DNA of 64,000 nucleotides from Chlamydiales bacterium (GTDB lineage Bacteria; Chlamydiota; Chlamydiia; Chlamydiales; JAAKFR01): NCBI GenBank assembly GCA_022601635.1, contig JAJACG010000008.1, positions 1,721 to 65,720 of the forward strand, read 5' to 3'. Shown piece by piece: positions 63,906 to 64,000 of this stretch (position 1 is its first letter; each line of letters starts with the position of its first letter). The notes under the pieces were generated by a model. It saw only the letters and a program-made list of their open reading frames with translations, ran no database searches and was not told where the DNA came from. The position numbers and the translations under genes were made by a program.

Positions 63906-64000
63906 TTATTCAGAATTTTCTTCTCGCTGCCTTTTTTGCGCTGGCTGATCTTCTAGGGGCTCTTCTGCAGCCCTTTTTTTCTTCTTTGTTTTACACTCAG
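63906..64000 (-). CDS. 3' end of a gene entering from the right edge, with a basic and acidic tail
   Basis: The reverse frame reads ...ECKTKKKKRAAEEPLEDQPAQKRQREENSE* with TAA at 63908-63906. Only 31 codons are visible. Confidence 0.4.
   Translation of the reverse strand, partial: ECKTKKKKRAAEEPLEDQPAQKRQREENSE

Overview
This 64-kb chromosomal window has a backbone that resembles an environmental, amoeba-associated member of the Chlamydiota. That taxon call is inference from gene order and content only.

Backbone:
- The minus-strand block 1-10969 carries infA, tRNA-Thr, tuf, tRNA-Trp, secE, nusG, rplK-rplA-rplJ-rplL, rpoB and rpoC. rpoC runs off the left edge.
- Housekeeping and metabolic genes follow: a SufE-like gene, an Hsp70-like/DUF2760-like pair, tyrP, an M24 peptidase and a HIT/MYG1/isochorismatase cluster.
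- There is a compact shikimate cluster, with aroDE divergent from aroB-aroA-aroK-aroC.
- Transporters include MFS, POT, AzlCD, MgtE and cation antiporters.

Accessory content:
- The main non-genic signal is a family of about 160-bp imperfect-palindrome (MITE/RPE-like) repeat elements. There are at least 9 full copies plus fragments.
  - They have 15-nt terminal inverted repeats, a conserved central CTAACC...GGTTAG hairpin and arms that are mixed between subtypes.
  - They sit at gene 3' ends, and two supply or overlap stop codons.
  - One lies in-frame inside a P-loop kinase ORF, and others are joined to tyrosine-recombinase gene relics.
- A degraded, AT-rich island sits at tRNA-Met(CAU). A 42-nt direct repeat of the tRNA 3' half marks it, and a duplicated ~130-bp arm suggests a second tandem relic. 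An aadA-like ANT(3'') gene lies nearby.
- Eukaryote-like candidate effectors are present:
  - two paralogous proteins with three tandem C2H2 zinc fingers and NLS-like basic patches;
  - an F-box protein, a WD40 protein and an RBBP9-like hydrolase;
  - a 57-aa ORF absent from the supplied track that matches the RanBP2-type zinc-finger pattern;
  - a small protein ending in CCICC;
  - several small bilobed-hydrophobic (Inc-like) membrane proteins.

All calls come from reading the sequence and the ORF track. No searches were run. Repeat boundaries are accurate to about +/-5 nt.
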